This document shows positions 35,302 to 38,522 of a stretch of 38,522 nt of DNA, in pieces. The translations under genes were made by a program, and so were the position numbers. A model generated the notes under the pieces. The model was not told where the DNA came from, made no database searches, and saw only the letters and a program-made list of their open reading frames with translations. Position 1 is the first letter of the stretch. Each line of letters starts with the position of its first letter. This DNA is from Thermoplasmata archaeon (lineage in GTDB: Archaea; Thermoplasmatota; Thermoplasmata; RBG-16-68-12; JAGMCJ01). The stretch spans positions 1 through 38,522 of the forward strand of contig JAGMAI010000030.1 in NCBI GenBank assembly GCA_023130895.1. The letters are read 5' to 3'.

Positions 35302-36816
35302 CTAGATTATCGGTACTAGCACCGCCTGCGGATAGCCCTTCGAGTGATCGAAGGAAAGGGCGTGGAGCTCGGTGTAGGGTTTCTCGCCGTAGAGCACAAC
35401 TGAACCGTCTATGTTCTCGATTTTCAGGTGAGTATGGGCGAGATTCGCGAGCGGTGCTGTAGAAGAGGTCGTTGACGTAACGATTCCTATGAAGATGTCC
35501 TTCGCCTTTCTGATCGACGACATGTGACCTGCCATGTCCTCTATCACCTCGTGGCCGAAGACCGCCTCCAGGGTGTCGAACCCCATCAGGGACAGGATCG
35601 GACGCTCCGTCTGCGAGAGATGATACTCGATGTTGCTCCATTTCAGCTCGTTGTCGATGTCAGAACCCTCCATTGGGAGTGCTATCTTGGAACCCTCCAC
35701 AGAGGTTGTGGCGGACGGTTCGAACACGCGCATGCACCTCTCGAACGCTTCCTGGCCGACAAAAGGCATGATCTCGTCCCTCACCATCTCCGAGGAGGCC
35801 TTCTTCTCGGGGACGAACGCAACTCCCCTGCCAAGCGAGATGAAGTTCGACAAGAGCGAGGTCTTGATGAGGTCAGAGTACAGCGTGTCGACATTCCCGC
35901 CTATCTCCACAGCGACTATCGTACCCTTCTTGAACCCGCCTATCAGAGCGTCGAGCTGGTCGCTTCCCGTCGAGATCCAGTTCTCGGATATGTCGGGCAT
36001 GGGTTCCCAACTCGACTTCTCACGCGGGATCTCGATCTTCTCGAAGCCAAAGGTCTTGATTCTCCCCCCGTCCAGACTGTAGGCACATTTGTGCTGCCTA
36101 ATCTCCGTGCCGCGAAGCTTCTCGATCTTCATTATCCTCAGCCGTCTGCCTTCGTGTTCCTCGCTCGTGAACGTGATGACCCCGTCCCCAAGATAATCGA
36201 GCCGCGTCTCCCCAGGGCTCTCCAGCACATACAGGACATCGGACGAGGAGGTCTCGACCAGGTCCTTCTGGAGCGTGTTCATCAGCTTCGAGGGGTGAAT
36301 CCCGTATCTCTCCGCCAGTGCGTTGATGCTATCTATCAGTATGAGGCTCTTCTCTGGGAGGGTGTCCTCGACCACATCATATGCCCTGTCGATCTCGGGG
36401 AGGTCCGATCCAAGGTCCAGGATGAGGCTGGTCTCCGTGACCTCGCCCTCGCTTATCTTGTCGTAGATGCTGCTCTCGTCCTCCTCACCCATCTCTATCC
36501 GGCCCTCGAGCTTCTTGAGCTCCGTTCTGTCGACCTTGCCTTCCTCCTCCTCAGGCCTTTGGTCGAACCTCGTCGGGGCGATCCGCTTCTTGAACTCGAC
36601 TCTGTCCTTGAGCCAGGGGAACTGGTTGTACAAGGAATGATCGCTCACCCTGATTGACATGTAGTACGAGTTCTCGACGCTCCCCAGCTCCTCTGTCAGC
36701 TGCAGGGCGAACGTAGTCTTGCCCGTTCCCGCAGCACCCTTGACTATCAAGGAATGTCCGCCTGGCCCTTTGAAGAAGTCTAGCAGTGCATCAGGAATAC
36801 CCTTCTCTTCTTTCAT
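35302..36816 (-). CDS. GvpD-like two-domain KaiC/RecA-superfamily ATPase
   Basis: SLIVKGAAGTGKTTFAL, LILIDSI, LDYLGDGVI, IEKLRG; second domain STGSDQLDALIGG with a degenerate P-loop. Confidence 0.85.
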   Translation of the reverse strand: MKEEKGIPDALLDFFKGPGGHSLIVKGAAGTGKTTFALQLTEELGSVENSYYMSIRVSDHSLYNQFPWLKDRVEFKKRIAPTRFDQRPEEEEGKVDRTELKKLEGRIEMGEEDESSIYDKISEGEVTETSLILDLGSDLPEIDRAYDVVEDTLPEKSLILIDSINALAERYGIHPSKLMNTLQKDLVETSSSDVLYVLESPGETRLDYLGDGVITFTSEEHEGRRLRIMKIEKLRGTEIRQHKCAYSLDGGRIKTFGFEKIEIPREKSSWEPMPDISENWISTGSDQLDALIGGFKKGTIVAVEIGGNVDTLYSDLIKTSLLSNFISLGRGVAFVPEKKASSEMVRDEIMPFVGQEAFERCMRVFEPSATTSVEGSKIALPMEGSDIDNELKWSNIEYHLSQTERPILSLMGFDTLEAVFGHEVIEDMAGHMSSIRKAKDIFIGIVTSTTSSTAPLANLAHTHLKIENIDGSVVLYGEKPYTELHALSFDHSKGYPQAVLVPII

Positions 36817-36868
36817 TTAACACCCTGCGTCAGTAAGGGCGAATCCCTTTTAGATGTTTTTCTCTTCG

Positions 36869-36884
36869 TTATCACGAGTGAGAA
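36869..36884. promoter_or_regulatory. Operator TTATCA-CGAG-TGAGAA upstream of the GvpD-like gene
   Basis: About 13 bp upstream of a weak minus-strand TATA-like ATCTAAAA. Confidence 0.65.
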
Positions 36885-36949
36885 CGTCCGGCTCGTGGAG
36901 ATCGCCGCCTGCGGCGGCTTTTCCTGGGCGCGCCGCCCGCCGAGAACGA

Positions 36950-37945
36950 TCACTTCCTGATGGCCTCGAAGGCCTTCCACGCAACGTTCACGTCGTTCTT
37001 ATGGAAGAGGAGCTCCGCCGCCTCGGCCTCCGTGCACCACTTGTACTTGTCGAACCTGAACTCCGGCTCTGGCTTTCCCTTGGGAGCACGCGCGAGGAAG
37101 TAGGTGACCTTCTTCCGGTAGTTGATATCGTCCTGGGGCCAGTAGTAGGAGTACTCGATGTCGCACAGCTCCCGCTCGATTCTTATCGACCAGAGCCCCG
37201 TCTCCTCCCTCATCTCTCTCAAGGCAGCGTGTTCCAGGCTCTCACCTGTCTCAACGTGACCCTTCGGGAGACACCAGAGTCTCTCGCTCTTCTTGCGGAT
37301 GAGAAGGACCCTTCCCTTCCTGTGGATGACGCCTCCGGCGGCCCGGATGGAGACATCTCTCTTCCCCCTCCTAGCGGGCCCACTAATGACCCTAGTGTCC
37401 TCGGATTCTACGAACTCCTTCGCCCTCTTCAGGTCTGACGTCAGATGCTTCAGCAGCCGTCTGTTGTAGAGGACCGCCGCGGGGTGATATGTCGAGATCA
37501 GTGGCCTTCCTCTGTATTCCCCAGTTTCGAGCCGAGCCTCGGACACCTTCGCCGGCCTGCCCGCCAGGACCCTGTGCGCGAACGATCCCAGCGCCACGAC
37601 CGCGTAGGGATCCACCGCATCGATGTAGGCTTCCAGATGGGGTCGACATTCCTCTATCTCGTCCTTTCTGGGATTCCGATTCCTCGGCGGACGGCACCTG
37701 AGCACGCTCGTGATGAAGATGCCTTCCCTCTTCAGACCCGCCTTCTCGAGCGATTCGTTCAGGATCTTTCCCGCCGCTCCGACGAAGGGGCGACCTTGCT
37801 TGTCCTCCTCCCTCCCAGGGGCCTCCCCTACAAGGAAGATGCGCGCGTTCCTGTCTCCCTCACCTGGAACCGCCCTCTCGCGTGTCTTCCATAGCCTGCA
37901 CTTCCTGCATCGCCTTACCTGCCTCGCGAGTTCTTCCAGACTCAT
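36950..37945 (-). CDS. Family-4 uracil-DNA glycosylase fused to a C-terminal Nudix hydrolase
   Basis: C..C.L Fe-S ligands, GEAPG..ED..GRPFVG, CRPP.NR.P, YHPAA; Nudix box GHVETGESLEHAALREMREETGL. Confidence 0.92.
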   Translation of the reverse strand: MSLEELARQVRRCRKCRLWKTRERAVPGEGDRNARIFLVGEAPGREEDKQGRPFVGAAGKILNESLEKAGLKREGIFITSVLRCRPPRNRNPRKDEIEECRPHLEAYIDAVDPYAVVALGSFAHRVLAGRPAKVSEARLETGEYRGRPLISTYHPAAVLYNRRLLKHLTSDLKRAKEFVESEDTRVISGPARRGKRDVSIRAAGGVIHRKGRVLLIRKKSERLWCLPKGHVETGESLEHAALREMREETGLWSIRIERELCDIEYSYYWPQDDINYRKKVTYFLARAPKGKPEPEFRFDKYKWCTEAEAAELLFHKNDVNVAWKAFEAIRK

Positions 37946-37954
37946 CCCAGGCCT

Positions 37955-38419
37955 CTAGATCTCCACGTCCCTGACGACTTCCCTCTTCAGAACGATGTCG
38001 AGCACGCCGTTTCGCAGAGTCCATCTCACGTCGTTTCCAAGGACGGTCGTGGGCAGGTCCACTTCCGCGTAGTACTTCCTCCTTCCTGCCACACGGACTG
38101 TCAGTTTGGAGCCCTTCACCTCGACCTCCACATCCTCTTCCGAAGCTCCCGGAAGTTCCATTGTGACGAAGATCTCGTCCTTTCCCTGGATCACGTCCGT
38201 GAGCGGTTGTCTCTCTCCCAAGCCCTTTCTCTCTTCGAGATACCTGGTGTTGCCGAAGTCCGAGATCTCCGTCTTGCCATCTGGGCCCGTTCGCAAGGAG
38301 AACCCGTACACGAAGGACTCGTCCCTCAGCGAATCGAGTGGCGATAGCGAGAGCTGCCTGAACATCCTTCGCATGAGGCGACGCATCATTGCGAATTCGT
38401 CTTCTGGCTCCTCGTCCAT
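37955..38419 (-). CDS. Archaeal small heat-shock protein (Hsp20)
   Basis: VYGFSLRTGPDGK..I..FGN, PLTDV, ELPG, NGVLDI motifs. Confidence 0.92.
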   Translation of the reverse strand: MDEEPEDEFAMMRRLMRRMFRQLSLSPLDSLRDESFVYGFSLRTGPDGKTEISDFGNTRYLEERKGLGERQPLTDVIQGKDEIFVTMELPGASEEDVEVEVKGSKLTVRVAGRRKYYAEVDLPTTVLGNDVRWTLRNGVLDIVLKREVVRDVEI

Positions 38420-38420
38420 T

Positions 38421-38522
38421 CTATCTTTCTACCAGGAACGAGACCTTCACGTTCGCCCTGAACTCAACGATTTCGTCGTCCCTTACTTTGGCGGAGAACT
38501 TGACCACATCGATGCCGCTGAT
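38421..38522 (-). CDS. Dodecin-family protein, C-terminal part (5' truncated by window edge)
   Basis: Translates to ISGIDVVKFSAKVKDDEIVEFRANVKVSFLVER*, typical of a dodecin C-terminus. Confidence 0.75.
   Translation of the reverse strand: MSGIDVVKFSAKVRDDEIVEFRANVKVSFLVER

Noticed and set aside
35302-36816. Gas vesicle gene cluster
   Set aside because: Only a GvpD-like ATPase; no gvpA or other structural gvp genes in the window.
1-38522. Mobile elements or provirus
   Set aside because: No transposase, integrase or capsid genes, and no duplicated tRNA 3' end seen.

Overview
GC-rich archaeal chromosome segment, inferred to be Thermoplasmatota-like from the archaeal S3Ae, FEN1, LSm, intron-containing tRNA-Met, BRE/TATA promoters and large NosD/PKD/Ig surface proteins. 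Housekeeping genes include serS, tsaA/trmO, an ABC-2 exporter, a PAC2 chaperone, rps3ae plus tRNA-Met, LSm, an NDP-sugar synthase, glmM, DUF92, fen, pyrBI, an mtnP-mtaD-hpt salvage operon, a UDG-Nudix fusion, Hsp20 and a partial dodecin. The main signal is a regulatory island at about 25.9-36.9 kb. There a palindrome TTATCA-N4-TGATAA lies about 12-17 bp upstream of the TATA boxes of four paralogous wHTH genes, several KaiC/DUF835/GvpD-type RecA-fold genes, an unannotated 44-aa ORF and a stand-alone CU-rich sRNA candidate. The island also holds a wHTH-TPR protein tail-to-tail with a secreted precursor carrying three QDWPQ repeats (an RRNPP-like peptide-signalling layout) and a roughly 315-nt structured ncRNA candidate. 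Separately, the serS/NosD intergenic region carries three promoter-led arrays of GGA-containing units with near-exact 11-bp phasing. All annotations come from reading the sequence; no searches or folding programs were run.
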